From the sequence record SRR20825006_681: DNA of 39,746 nucleotides, one strand, 5' to 3'. Every line of letters starts with the position of its first letter. Within the stretch, counting starts at the first letter, position 1. The position numbers were made by a program, and so were the translations under genes. Shown here piece after piece: positions 17,843 through 28,011 of this stretch. The notes beneath the pieces are model-generated. The model searched no databases, was not told where the DNA came from, and was given only the letters and a program-made list of their open reading frames with translations.

Positions 17843-20308
17843 ATGGGGCCGGTCAAATTCCGGATTGATAGAGGAGTCGCTAAACTAGGTTGCGCAACTC
17901 TTGCTATGTTGGCCGCAAAACCAGCCCTCGCTCAAACAAATATATCCACCGAACAGCTTGTTGCCACCACCCCATTGGCCGTTGCCATGGGCGCATTGTT
18001 GTGTGGCGGTGTGGCCACCTATATGGCCCTTCGCCAACACCGCAAAGCCGAACTTTTGCGGGTGAGAACCCAGCGCCAGCTTGCCGAAATGAGCGCTGCG
18101 CTGGACGAAAAAGGCGCAATTTTGCATGGCATGCGCGAAGTCACGTTGATTTGGCGGGGCGATGAAGGGCGTGCCGATTCCATCGGCCCCATCCAAGCCA
18201 CCATTCCAACCTGCCGGCGCATCGATGATATTCTGGATTTCAAAAGTTGGTTGGACGCAAAGGCGGCAATCGAAGTTTCATTCAAGCTAGATGAATTGCA
18301 AGCGCAGGGGCGTGAATTCGAGTATCGCGCGCCGGGTTTGGGCGACCGTGATTATCGCATATCTGGCCGCGTGGTGGCGGGCAAACCGCTTATGCGCATC
18401 TCGCCGCGTGAAGCAGAAGTGGATGAGCCTTATGTGCTGGCCGAAACGCGCAACAATGTGCCCACTATTGAAACCTATGCGGCGCTGATTGATAAGTTCA
18501 ACCACCCAGCATGGGTGCGCAATTATCAGGGGCAGTTGGTCAAGGTCAACGAAGCCTATTTGAAAATGGCTTTGGGCGGGGCAGGGCTTGATCCGGAACA
18601 GCCAATCCCAGAACTTTTCGATGAAGAAACGCTGGCACGACATCGTCGTCTTGATCCGCTAGATGGCGGCCCGCTGTCGGTGACCGAAGAGCATGATGAT
18701 TTTGGTGTGTTGGACGTGACCATGTTCAAATTGGCTGATGGCACCGCTGGGTATGCGGTGCAGGGCCTCGCCTCAAACGAAGACAAAAACGACCCCAAAG
18801 CCAGCTTCCTCACCGCAGCCATCAATGAGTTGCGCACTCCAGTTGCTGTGTTCGATGGCGCGGGGCAGTTGACCCATTTCAACAAAGCATTTGGCGAATT
18901 TTGGGAAATGGATGTGGCCTGGCTGGAAACTCAGCCAAGTGAAAAGGCGATCTTGGATCGCTTGCGCACCCAGGGCAAATTGCCCATGGAGCCAGATTAT
19001 AAAAAGTGGCGCGCGCAACATCTGGAAGCATACGGCCTTAAGAAAACACGCGAGACCATGTGGCATTTGCCAAGTGGCCAAGTGCTGAATGTGATTGCCT
19101 CACCTGCGCCGCACGAGCGCGGCGTGATCTATGTCTATCACAATGTAACCGAGCAATTGGCGCTCGAAAGCCGCTATAATGCGCTCATTCATGTGCAGGA
19201 CGAAACCCTGAACGCGCTGTCAGAAGCGGTGGCCGTGTTTGGCACCGATGGTCGGTTGAAATTGCACAATGCGCAGCTTTCCCGTATTTGGAAGCTGCCA
19301 ATGAACAAGCTGAACAAGCAAACCCACATTGCTGATATAGCTGCCATCAGCGCGGAAACGCTGCCAGAAGATGGAGATCGCATTTGGAGCGAGCTTAAGG
19401 TTGATATTCTGGACCTTGATGCGGAGCGTCACGACAAAAAAGGCCGCATTGTCCGCTCCGATCATCGCTTGATCGATTATGCCATTGTGCGCCTGCCAGA
19501 TAGCCAGACGCTGGTGACCTTTGTGGACGTGACCGAAGGCGCATCCTTTGAGAAGGTGCTGAAAGAACGTAACGAAGCGTTGGAAACTGCTGATAAGCTT
19601 AAAGATGCTTTTGTTCAAAACATCTCATACGAGTTCCGCTCACCACTGACCAATATTATTGGCTTTGCCGATTTGTTGGCCAGCGAGGCAGCCGGACCTT
19701 TGAACGATAAGCAAAAAGATTACACCAATTTCATTCGCGCGTCGTCAAGCTCGCTTGGATTGCTGATCGATAATATTTTGGACCTGACCACCATCGACGC
19801 AGGCATTGCCGAGCTACAAACCGATGTGTTGGACGTGCATGCCTTAGTGGAAAAAGCACGCAAAGGTGTGTTGGCCGCGCTGCAGGTGGGCAGCAATGAA
19901 GTGCCGATCAATCTTGAAATCTCGATTGATGACAATTTGCCAACCTTTGTAGCGGACGGCACACGCATTGTGCAGGTGCTGTACAATCTTCTTTCAAATG
20001 CAGTGCGATATTCAGACCCGGGCGCTCAGGTGCGCTTGGATGTGTTTGAACGCGGTGGACGCATTCTCTTTGTGGTGGAAGATGAAGGCGTCGGCATTCC
20101 TGATGACATCATTGCCTCCGTGTTTGATCGGTTTGAAGGCAAGGCCGTGGAAGGTCGCCAGCGCGGCGCTGGTTTGGGCCTTTCCATCGTGAAAACCTTC
20201 GTCCATATGCATGGCGGCACCGTCGCTATTGAGCGGTTACAACCACGTGGCACCAAAGTCACCGTCAACTTGCCCGCAGAACAGGTGGCCAAAGGCGCCG
20301 CTGAATAA
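17843..20308 (+). CDS. divL: Multi-PAS pseudo-histidine kinase DivL
   Basis: N-terminal TM and several PAS-like domains. The H-box has Tyr in place of His (FVQNISYEFRSPLT); N, G1, F and G2 boxes are present; ahcY-divL-tsaE-addBA synteny. Confidence 0.9.
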   Translation: MGPVKFRIDRGVAKLGCATLAMLAAKPALAQTNISTEQLVATTPLAVAMGALLCGGVATYMALRQHRKAELLRVRTQRQLAEMSAALDEKGAILHGMREVTLIWRGDEGRADSIGPIQATIPTCRRIDDILDFKSWLDAKAAIEVSFKLDELQAQGREFEYRAPGLGDRDYRISGRVVAGKPLMRISPREAEVDEPYVLAETRNNVPTIETYAALIDKFNHPAWVRNYQGQLVKVNEAYLKMALGGAGLDPEQPIPELFDEETLARHRRLDPLDGGPLSVTEEHDDFGVLDVTMFKLADGTAGYAVQGLASNEDKNDPKASFLTAAINELRTPVAVFDGAGQLTHFNKAFGEFWEMDVAWLETQPSEKAILDRLRTQGKLPMEPDYKKWRAQHLEAYGLKKTRETMWHLPSGQVLNVIASPAPHERGVIYVYHNVTEQLALESRYNALIHVQDETLNALSEAVAVFGTDGRLKLHNAQLSRIWKLPMNKLNKQTHIADIAAISAETLPEDGDRIWSELKVDILDLDAERHDKKGRIVRSDHRLIDYAIVRLPDSQTLVTFVDVTEGASFEKVLKERNEALETADKLKDAFVQNISYEFRSPLTNIIGFADLLASEAAGPLNDKQKDYTNFIRASSSSLGLLIDNILDLTTIDAGIAELQTDVLDVHALVEKARKGVLAALQVGSNEVPINLEISIDDNLPTFVADGTRIVQVLYNLLSNAVRYSDPGAQVRLDVFERGGRILFVVEDEGVGIPDDIIASVFDRFEGKAVEGRQRGAGLGLSIVKTFVHMHGGTVAIERLQPRGTKVTVNLPAEQVAKGAAE

Positions 20309-20814
20309 TGGGCCAAGCTGACCAGCTATCAATCATCTTGGTGAGTGAGCACGCCACAATGGCGTTTGCGCAAATGCTGCATGCACAATTGCAACCCGGT
20401 GAAATTGTCACGCTCACAGGCGATTTGGGCGCTGGCAAAAGCTTTCTCGCGCGATCTTTGCTGCGCCATGCGGCGGATGATCCAGAATTGGAAGTGCCAA
20501 GCCCAACCTTCTCGCTGGTGCAGAATTACCAACTGAACAATCAATCCTATCTGCATGCCGATCTTTATCGCTTGAGCGACGAAAGTGAGGCGGATGAATT
20601 GGGCTTGTTTGATGATGACCAGGCAATTCTTTTGATCGAGTGGCCGGAGCGCTTGCCAGAGTTGACAGCGCGTGCGCCATTTAACCTCTCCCTACATTTG
20701 ATTTCCGAAATGCCAGAAGGCCGCACATTGCATATTTCTGGTGATGCAAATCGGCTGGAAGCCCTTGCCCAACTGCTCGAATCCGGCTCAGATAGCGGCA
20801 TCAAACTGATTTAA
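20308..20814 (+). CDS. tsaE: tRNA threonylcarbamoyladenosine biosynthesis ATPase TsaE
   Basis: GDLGAGKS, VPSPTFSLVQ, HADLYRL, LIEWPE; TAATG coupling to divL. Confidence 0.96.
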   Translation: MGQADQLSIILVSEHATMAFAQMLHAQLQPGEIVTLTGDLGAGKSFLARSLLRHAADDPELEVPSPTFSLVQNYQLNNQSYLHADLYRLSDESEADELGLFDDDQAILLIEWPERLPELTARAPFNLSLHLISEMPEGRTLHISGDANRLEALAQLLESGSDSGIKLI

Positions 20815-20822
20815 AGGCAAAG

Positions 20823-23800
20823 ATGCGGCGCTCGCTTTATTCCATCGCGCCAGACGCCCCTTTCTTGAAGGTGCTGGCCTCACGCATATTGGACGGGACC
20901 CTCGCGCCAGACTGGCCGCGCGAAGGGCCGTTCTGGCTGTCCGACATCACCATCTATCTGCCCACCAAGCGTGCGCGTTTGGCGTTGATCGATATCTTTT
21001 TAGAGCGTTTGGGTGGCGCCGCATTGCTACCGAATATTTACACCCTTGGCGAAAGCGACGAGGTGGAAAACGCTTTCTTCGCCGAGCCAGATCTGACCGC
21101 CACCAACCCGGTTTCAAAAACAGAGCGCACCCTGTTTCTGGCGCGGCTAATTGAGGGCTGGGCGCACACTGCGGAAAAGGCGCAGCAAGTCGGTTTTGCC
21201 TCGCCACCAAGCGCGGCTGAGATATTGGCCATGGCGCAATCGCTGGGGCAATTGCTGGATGATTTTCTCACCGAAGAAATTGATTATCATCAGCTGAGCC
21301 AATTGGTGCCCGAAGAGCTGGCCGAGAATTGGCAGCAAAGCCTGAACTTCATCAAAATCGTTACCGACAATTGGCCGCTTTATCTGGAAGAGCGCGGCTT
21401 GCAGGAAGTTGCGACAGTGCGGCGGGAAAAGTTTGCGCTGGCGCAGCAAACTCTGAAAATGCGCTATGGCGACAAGCCGGTGATTGCGGCCGGGTCTACG
21501 GGGTCTGTGCCTGCCAATGCGCGCTTTCTGAAAGAGATCAGTGCGTTGCCAAATGGTGCGCTGGTGTTCCCCGGATTTGACCCGACAATGAGCGTTGAGG
21601 ATTTCAGCTTCTTGCTGGAGCCAAACAACAAGGCCCATGCCCATCCGCAATATGGTATGGCGCTGCTGTTGCGCCGCCTAAATGCGGGCCCCGCCGATGT
21701 GCAGGAACTCGCCCCAGAACAGCAAGGCCGCGCCGAGATTTTGCATCAGGCCCTGGCGGCCGCAGAAAACACGGCGCAATGGCACGCGCAGCGCGAAAAA
21801 CTGAGCGGCCAATTGGAAACGGCCACGGATCAAATATCGCTCTTGGCCATGCCCAATGAAGCGATGGAGAGCCGCGCCATTGCCTTGGCCACCCGTGAGG
21901 CGTTGGCCAACACTAAGTCTGTGGGCATCATCGCGCCAGATCGGGATCAAGCGCGGCAGATCATTGCTGAACTGCACCGGTTCGATATTTCCGTGGATGA
22001 CAGCGCGGGCGTGCCGCTCAATCAAAGTCCCGCGGGGCGCTTGGTGCGGCAGTTGCTGCAACTGGTGCAGAGCGAATTTAGCGCCATCGATCTGGTCGGG
22101 CTGCTGCTGCATTCCTCCGTCTGCTTTGGACGTCCCCGCAGCGAGATTTCAGCATTGCGCGAAGTACTCGATCTGTCAATCTTGCGCGGCATGCGCGGCA
22201 AGCCCGGATTGGCAGGCCTGCGCAAAGCGGTGCAGGCCGCTCACGATGATCCCGCTCCACGCCAGCGCCCTTTAAATGAGGACGAAGCGACGGCGCTGAT
22301 CGCCTTGTTTGACGATATGGAGCAAATGCTCGCACCGTTAATTGAGGCCTTTGCTGGCGGCAAGCCCAGCCTGTTAAACATTGCTCGCGCCATGCCCGCT
22401 ATCGTGGACAAAGTGATCCAAGACGATCAGGACAAACCGCATCACCCGCATGGTTTTGACCAATTGAGCGACTGGCTGGCGGAATTGGCGGTGGGCAGTA
22501 TTGAGTTGAGCCAGATCGACAGCGCCCAATTTGTTTCCGCCATGGCCTTGCTGATGAGTCCAGTTTCGGTGCGTCCGCTCGAACAGGCACGACATGATGT
22601 GCAAATTTGGGGGCGGGTGGAAGCCCGCTTGCAAAGCGTCGATCTGATCATCCTCGCCGGGTTGAACGAAGGTGTGTGGCCCGAAGATGCCGATCCTGGC
22701 CCCTGGATGTCGCGCGGCATGAAAATGGCCGTGGGGCTGGAGCCGCCAGAACGCAAAGTCGGCTTGGCGGCCCATGACTTTTTGTTGGCGCTAAACGCCC
22801 CGCAAGTGGTGCTCAGCTATGCCCAACGGCGCGGCACCTCGCCTGCAGATCCGTCCCGTTTTCTAAAGCGCCTCTTGGCCTTTGTCGGCAAAGCGTGTGA
22901 AAAAGCACTCACCGACCGCACGGCGCACATCAAGGCTTGGACCATGCAAATTGATGCGGTGAAACAGGTGTCGCCAGCAGAACGGCCGACGCCGCAGCCG
23001 CCTGCTGACCTTCGCCCACGCCGCCTGTCGATCACAGAGATCGAAACGCTGTTGCGCGATCCTTACGCGATTTACGCCAAACATGTGTTGCGGCTTAGGC
23101 CTCTCGATCCGTTGGGCGCGCCGCCCGACTTTGCAGAGCGAGGCAACTTGATCCACGATGTGCTGGGCGATTTTATTGCCGATGGCCATGATTGCGCCGC
23201 GCCGGACGCCCATGATCAATTGATGGCGCTGGCACGAAGAGCCTATGAACGGCTTGCCGATGTGGCGGACCGAAGGGACATTTGGCTCAAACGGTTTGAC
23301 GCCATTGCAGCCGCCTTTCTGGCTCATGAAACCACGCAAAATCTCCACATTGCCGTGCGCAATGCCGAAATACGCGGTCAAGCCAGTTTGGAGATTGCAG
23401 GCGTACCGTTCACCCTGCATGGCCGCGCAGACCGGGTGGACCAGACCGAAGCGGACAAAGTAGAAATTGTCGATTTCAAAACCGGGGGCGTGCCCGCCAA
23501 AAAGGATATGGAAAACTTCATGGCACCGCAATTGCCCATGGCGGGCCTGATCGCGCGGCAAGGGGGCTTTGAAGGGTTGGAGCGTTCCGACAGCGCGGCA
23601 TTCCGCTATATCAAGCTGGCCCACGGTCCAGATACTTTATCGCTCACCAATTTCCCATCCAAGCTGGAAGCAGATGATTGGGTAGATCAATATTGGGAAC
23701 GGTTCTCCCGTTTTGCTGAATTGATGTTGCTGCGCGACGATGTGGCTATGGTGGCACAACTGAACCCGAAGCCCGAACAGCGCTTTGAGGGCGACTATGA

Positions 23801-23849
23801 CCATTTGGCGCGGGCCAAAGAATGGGCACCGGAAGGGGAAGACGAATAA
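20823..23849 (+). CDS. addB: Double-strand break repair protein AddB
   Basis: IYLPTKRA, IAAGSTGS, LSITEIETLLRDPYAIYA, GRADRVD...VDFKTG nuclease motif, DYDHLAR C-terminus. Confidence 0.96.
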   Translation: MRRSLYSIAPDAPFLKVLASRILDGTLAPDWPREGPFWLSDITIYLPTKRARLALIDIFLERLGGAALLPNIYTLGESDEVENAFFAEPDLTATNPVSKTERTLFLARLIEGWAHTAEKAQQVGFASPPSAAEILAMAQSLGQLLDDFLTEEIDYHQLSQLVPEELAENWQQSLNFIKIVTDNWPLYLEERGLQEVATVRREKFALAQQTLKMRYGDKPVIAAGSTGSVPANARFLKEISALPNGALVFPGFDPTMSVEDFSFLLEPNNKAHAHPQYGMALLLRRLNAGPADVQELAPEQQGRAEILHQALAAAENTAQWHAQREKLSGQLETATDQISLLAMPNEAMESRAIALATREALANTKSVGIIAPDRDQARQIIAELHRFDISVDDSAGVPLNQSPAGRLVRQLLQLVQSEFSAIDLVGLLLHSSVCFGRPRSEISALREVLDLSILRGMRGKPGLAGLRKAVQAAHDDPAPRQRPLNEDEATALIALFDDMEQMLAPLIEAFAGGKPSLLNIARAMPAIVDKVIQDDQDKPHHPHGFDQLSDWLAELAVGSIELSQIDSAQFVSAMALLMSPVSVRPLEQARHDVQIWGRVEARLQSVDLIILAGLNEGVWPEDADPGPWMSRGMKMAVGLEPPERKVGLAAHDFLLALNAPQVVLSYAQRRGTSPADPSRFLKRLLAFVGKACEKALTDRTAHIKAWTMQIDAVKQVSPAERPTPQPPADLRPRRLSITEIETLLRDPYAIYAKHVLRLRPLDPLGAPPDFAERGNLIHDVLGDFIADGHDCAAPDAHDQLMALARRAYERLADVADRRDIWLKRFDAIAAAFLAHETTQNLHIAVRNAEIRGQASLEIAGVPFTLHGRADRVDQTEADKVEIVDFKTGGVPAKKDMENFMAPQLPMAGLIARQGGFEGLERSDSAAFRYIKLAHGPDTLSLTNFPSKLEADDWVDQYWERFSRFAELMLLRDDVAMVAQLNPKPEQRFEGDYDHLARAKEWAPEGEDE

Positions 23850-26800
23850 TGCGGCAAGATTTGCACATCGCCCCCGAAACCATCGACGCCCAAAAACGCG
23901 CCGCCAGCCCTACCGCCCATGCCTGGGTGGCAGCAAATGCGGGGTCCGGCAAAACCTTTGTGCTGTCGCGCCGGGTGCTGCGCCTATTGCTGGATGGCGT
24001 CGCGCCAGATGAAATTTTGTGCCTGACCTACACCAAAGCCGCCGCCTCTGAGATGCGCGCCCGTGTCACTGACAAATTGGGCGAGTGGGCCTTGATGGAT
24101 GATGATGCGCTGGTGAGCGAATTGCTCGATCTTACCGGCCAGCGACCTACTGACGACAAATTGCGCCGTGCCAAACAGCTTTTCGCCTTCGCCCTAGAAA
24201 CGCCGGGTGGGTTGAAAATCAACACCATCCACGCCTTCGCCGAATCCGTGTTGCACCGTTTCCCCTTGGAAGCGGGCGTGCCGTTTGACTTTGAGGTGAT
24301 CGAGGATGCGGACCGGGTACAAATGATGCAGGACGCGCGAGAGCGCGTGTTGGCGGGCCGGGGCAACGCCAACCAGATGATGCCGCTGCTGGACGCGTTA
24401 TTCGCCCGCGCCAGCGATGCGCAAATCGAAGCGGCGCTCGACCGTTTATTGGCCGAAGGGGCAAAGCTGAAAACGCTTTTGGCTTACAAAGACCGCGCAA
24501 TCGAAAATCTGGCTGACTTTCTCAAAGTGCCCTCAAATCTGAGCGAAGCTGAGATCACAGACAAAGTGTTGAACCAAGCCATTCTGCCGCAGTCAGAATA
24601 TCACGGTGTCGGCCTGCATTTGCGCAATGAAGGCTTGGCGAAAACCATTGCCGACGGGCTGATGGACACGGACCCATCACAGCCGAGCACCGCGCAGGCC
24701 TTTGGCGCTCTTTTGACGCAAAAAGGCACGCCCAAAAAGGGCGCCGCGGGGATCGCCAAAAAAGATGCCGCTTTGGCCGGGCAGATCGCGGATGAATCCA
24801 ACCGACTGGCCGAATTGTTTGAACAGCTTAAGCTGGCGCGACTGCTCGACAATTCCAAACTGTTGCTGGCATTGGCTGAAGCTGTTATTGCGGCTTATGA
24901 GGCAGGCAAAAAAGCCAAGGCGCAATTGGATTTTGACGATCTGATTTTGGCGTTGAAACGCCTGTTTGCCAACGAGGCCTATGGTCCATGGGTGGCCTAC
25001 AAGCTCGATGCTGGCATTACCCATATTCTGGTAGATGAAAGCCAGGATACGAACCCGGAGCAATGGGATATTATCGAGGCCATTGCCAAAGAGTTTTTTG
25101 CCGGTGAAGGCGCGGTGCAAAAGCATCGGACCCTGTTTGCCGTGGGCGACGAGAAGCAATCGATCTATAGCTTTCAGGGGGCGGAACCGCGCCTGTTTGG
25201 CGAAATGGGCCGCCGCTTTGCCCGCCGCGCACGCGAGGCCGAACAGGTTTGGCATGATGTGCCGCTGCAAACCTCATTCCGGACCCAAAGCCCGATTTTG
25301 AACGCCGTTGATTTGGTGTTTGAGCCGCAAGCAAACCATAAAGGTCTGTCCGGCGTGGCCGCTGCACCTGCGCACCGTGCGGCCCGAACCACAAATCAGG
25401 GCTTTGTGACCCTTTGGCCAAAAGAACCGCTGGCAGATAAGCCAGAGCCGAGCGACGAATATCCCATTGAAGCGGCACGGCATGAGCTGCGCCCGGAAGC
25501 CAAGCTGGCGCAACAGGTGGCGAAAACTATCGATCAATGGCTGACCAAGGGACGTTTGCTTTCAGGTCATGAACGTGCGATCAAACCTGATGACATTATG
25601 ATTTTGGTGCAAACCCGTGGTCGGCTGTTCAAAGAAATGATCAAAGCGCTGAAGCAGCGCAATTTGCCCAACCTGGGTGAAGACAAGCTGGTGGTGAACG
25701 ACCATATCGCGGTGAAGGATTTGCTGGTGCTCGGCGATGTGATGGTCAACCCGGCCGACGATTTAGGCTTGGCCACCTTATTGCGCTCGCCGTTTTTTGA
25801 CATCAGCGAAGAGCAGCTTTTTGAGCTCTGTCACGATCGCCCCAAAGGGCCGCTCTGGGCGCATTTGCGAAACTTCGCCAAAGCCCACAAATGGGCGGAA
25901 AAGCCTTATGCGCTGCTGCGCGAATGGCGTACCCACTTGGACGTGGACCGCCCCTATGAGTTTTTCGCCTTCATTCTTTACACCCATAAGGGACTGCAAA
26001 AATTTCACGCCCGGCTTGGGCCGGAAATTGATGATGTGATCGGCGAATTTATGACCATGGCGCTGGCACATGAGCGGCAAGATCAGTCGAGCCTGATCGG
26101 CTTTCTCACCAAAATGCGCGCGTCCCCCGCCGAAGTGAAACGCGAACTGAGTGAGGTAAAAGACAATATTCGGGTGATGACGGTGCATGGCGCGAAGGGG
26201 CTTGAGGCGCCTATCGTGATCTGCCTCGATGCAACCGAAACGCCGAAATCTGTCAGCTCGGATGTGTTTTTGCACGTGGACGCAGAGCTGCCGCACAAAA
26301 GCTTTTTGGCGTGGAATATTGGCGGGTCGACCAACCTGCCCGAAGCGGCCACCGCGCTCAAAACAGCACGCATGGACAAGGAAGTCGAAGAATATCGCCG
26401 CAAGCTCTATGTGGCGCTGACCCGTGCAGAAGATGAGCTTTACCTCACCGGGGTTGAGAAAAAGTCCGCTAGCGGTCCAGTAAGCTGGTACGATATGGCC
26501 TATGGCACCTTGGAGCCGAACGGCGATTTGCGCGAGGAGGGGCTGGTCTATCCCAAAGGGGCAGTGATCAACCAACCCACAACGCCAATTAAACTTGAAC
26601 GCGATGAAACAGCCATGCCCGCCGAGATGGTTGCGGCAGTGTTGCCACCTGTGAAGCGGAACATCTTAGAACCATCCAAAGCAGATGAAGAACTGGCAAC
26701 TATGCCAAGCGCTGAAGGACAACCGCTCGGCTTGCCGCCCAAATTGGCGATGGCGCGGGGCAATGCATTGCATGCACTTTTGCAATATTTGCCGCAATAT

Positions 26801-27217
26801 TCCGGTGCAGAACGTCGCGCGCAAGCCGATATTGCTTTGCCCTTGATTCTGCCTGAGGCGCCCCACCTGCATGCGGAAATCATAGATAAGGCCCTCACCA
26901 TATTGGACTCGGAAGAGCTTGCCTTTCTGTTTGATGCCAATAGCCGTGCCGAAGTGGCCATCGCCGCAAACATCGAAGTTGATGGCGCACCTGCGCGGAT
27001 AACCGGCCGTATAGATAGGCTGATTGTCACCGATAAAGAGATTTTGATTGTCGACTTCAAGTCCGACCAGGCCGTGCCGGAAAATGCGGCGCAACTGAAT
27101 GCAAAATATCGCCAGCAGTTGCAACTTTACGCACGCGCCATGCAAGAAAACGACCCAAATCGCACCTTAAAAACCGCGATTTTGTGGACGGAAAATGCGC
27201 AATTTATGCTGATCTGA
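23849..27217 (+). CDS. addA: Double-strand break repair helicase/nuclease AddA
   Basis: ANAGSGKT, LVDESQDT, VGDEKQSIYSFQGA, MTVHGAKGLE, YVALTRA, GRIDRL...VDFKS. Start set at ATG 23849 (TAATG overlap with addB). Confidence 0.97.
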   Translation: MRQDLHIAPETIDAQKRAASPTAHAWVAANAGSGKTFVLSRRVLRLLLDGVAPDEILCLTYTKAAASEMRARVTDKLGEWALMDDDALVSELLDLTGQRPTDDKLRRAKQLFAFALETPGGLKINTIHAFAESVLHRFPLEAGVPFDFEVIEDADRVQMMQDARERVLAGRGNANQMMPLLDALFARASDAQIEAALDRLLAEGAKLKTLLAYKDRAIENLADFLKVPSNLSEAEITDKVLNQAILPQSEYHGVGLHLRNEGLAKTIADGLMDTDPSQPSTAQAFGALLTQKGTPKKGAAGIAKKDAALAGQIADESNRLAELFEQLKLARLLDNSKLLLALAEAVIAAYEAGKKAKAQLDFDDLILALKRLFANEAYGPWVAYKLDAGITHILVDESQDTNPEQWDIIEAIAKEFFAGEGAVQKHRTLFAVGDEKQSIYSFQGAEPRLFGEMGRRFARRAREAEQVWHDVPLQTSFRTQSPILNAVDLVFEPQANHKGLSGVAAAPAHRAARTTNQGFVTLWPKEPLADKPEPSDEYPIEAARHELRPEAKLAQQVAKTIDQWLTKGRLLSGHERAIKPDDIMILVQTRGRLFKEMIKALKQRNLPNLGEDKLVVNDHIAVKDLLVLGDVMVNPADDLGLATLLRSPFFDISEEQLFELCHDRPKGPLWAHLRNFAKAHKWAEKPYALLREWRTHLDVDRPYEFFAFILYTHKGLQKFHARLGPEIDDVIGEFMTMALAHERQDQSSLIGFLTKMRASPAEVKRELSEVKDNIRVMTVHGAKGLEAPIVICLDATETPKSVSSDVFLHVDAELPHKSFLAWNIGGSTNLPEAATALKTARMDKEVEEYRRKLYVALTRAEDELYLTGVEKKSASGPVSWYDMAYGTLEPNGDLREEGLVYPKGAVINQPTTPIKLERDETAMPAEMVAAVLPPVKRNILEPSKADEELATMPSAEGQPLGLPPKLAMARGNALHALLQYLPQYSGAERRAQADIALPLILPEAPHLHAEIIDKALTILDSEELAFLFDANSRAEVAIAANIEVDGAPARITGRIDRLIVTDKEILIVDFKSDQAVPENAAQLNAKYRQQLQLYARAMQENDPNRTLKTAILWTENAQFMLI

Positions 27218-27266
27218 GAAAAGATTTTCAGCGCTTACCCAATTTTCATCACTGCGCCGTGATCTG

Positions 27267-27295
27267 CTTGAATCTTTATCCGACTCTTCTTACAT
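27267..27295 (+). promoter_or_regulatory. Candidate RpoH-type promoter of trxA
   Basis: CTTGAA (27267-27272), 16 bp, CTTACAT (27289-27295); contains two GANTC sites. Confidence 0.5.
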
Positions 27296-27328
27296 TCATG
27301 CCAACGAAAAATGAAAGGGGAACTGGTT

Positions 27329-27652
27329 ATGACCACCCAAGTAAACGAAGCTCAATTTTCTGATGAAGTTCTAAACGCTCAAGTACCTGTTTTGGTTGAC
27401 TTTTGGGCGGAGTGGTGTGGCCCATGTAAGGCCATCGCACCTGTTTTGGAAGAGATCTCATCTGAAATGGACGGCAAAGTGAAAATTGTGAAGGTGAATG
27501 TGGACGAAAATCCAAATATCGCCGCGCAATATGGCATCCGCTCAATTCCAACCATGATCCTGTTTAAAGATGGTGCAGCTGCGGACATGAAAATCGGTGC
27601 AGGCGAGCCAAAAGCAGGCTTGGTGAAGTGGCTCGAAAGCCACGCAGCTTAG
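27329..27652 (+). CDS. trxA: Thioredoxin
   Basis: VDFWAEWCGPCK and IRSIPT; start at ATG 27329 after SD AAGGGGA; canonical position after addA. Confidence 0.97.
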   Translation: MTTQVNEAQFSDEVLNAQVPVLVDFWAEWCGPCKAIAPVLEEISSEMDGKVKIVKVNVDENPNIAAQYGIRSIPTMILFKDGAAADMKIGAGEPKAGLVKWLESHAA

Positions 27653-27661
27653 TAAGGCTTT

Positions 27662-27988
27662 ATGATGCTCAATGCGGTAGACGATACGAACTTTTCCACC
27701 GAAGTGCTTGAAAGCGATGTGCCTGTGCTCGTTGATTTTTGGGCCGAATGGTGTGCGCCCTGCAAGGCCATGGACCCGCTTTTAGAACAAGCGGCAAATG
27801 AGTTTGATGGGCGGGTGAAGTTGGTGAAGCTTAATGCAGCGGATAACCCGTCTACCGTCAGCCAATTTGGCGTGCGCAACATGCCCACCTATTTGATCTT
27901 TGATAAAGGTGAGGTGGTTGACATGAAAGTGGGCGCGACTCTTTCAAAAGTCGGGCTGACCAAATGGCTTGAAGGCGTTTCCGCCTAA
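27662..27988 (+). CDS. Second thioredoxin (WCAPC), tandem paralog
   Basis: VDFWAEWCAPCK and VRNMPT cis-Pro loop; colinear with the upstream trxA. Confidence 0.92.
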   Translation: MMLNAVDDTNFSTEVLESDVPVLVDFWAEWCAPCKAMDPLLEQAANEFDGRVKLVKLNAADNPSTVSQFGVRNMPTYLIFDKGEVVDMKVGATLSKVGLTKWLEGVSA

Positions 27989-28011
27989 TCAAGGCATCAA
28001 AATGAGACTTT

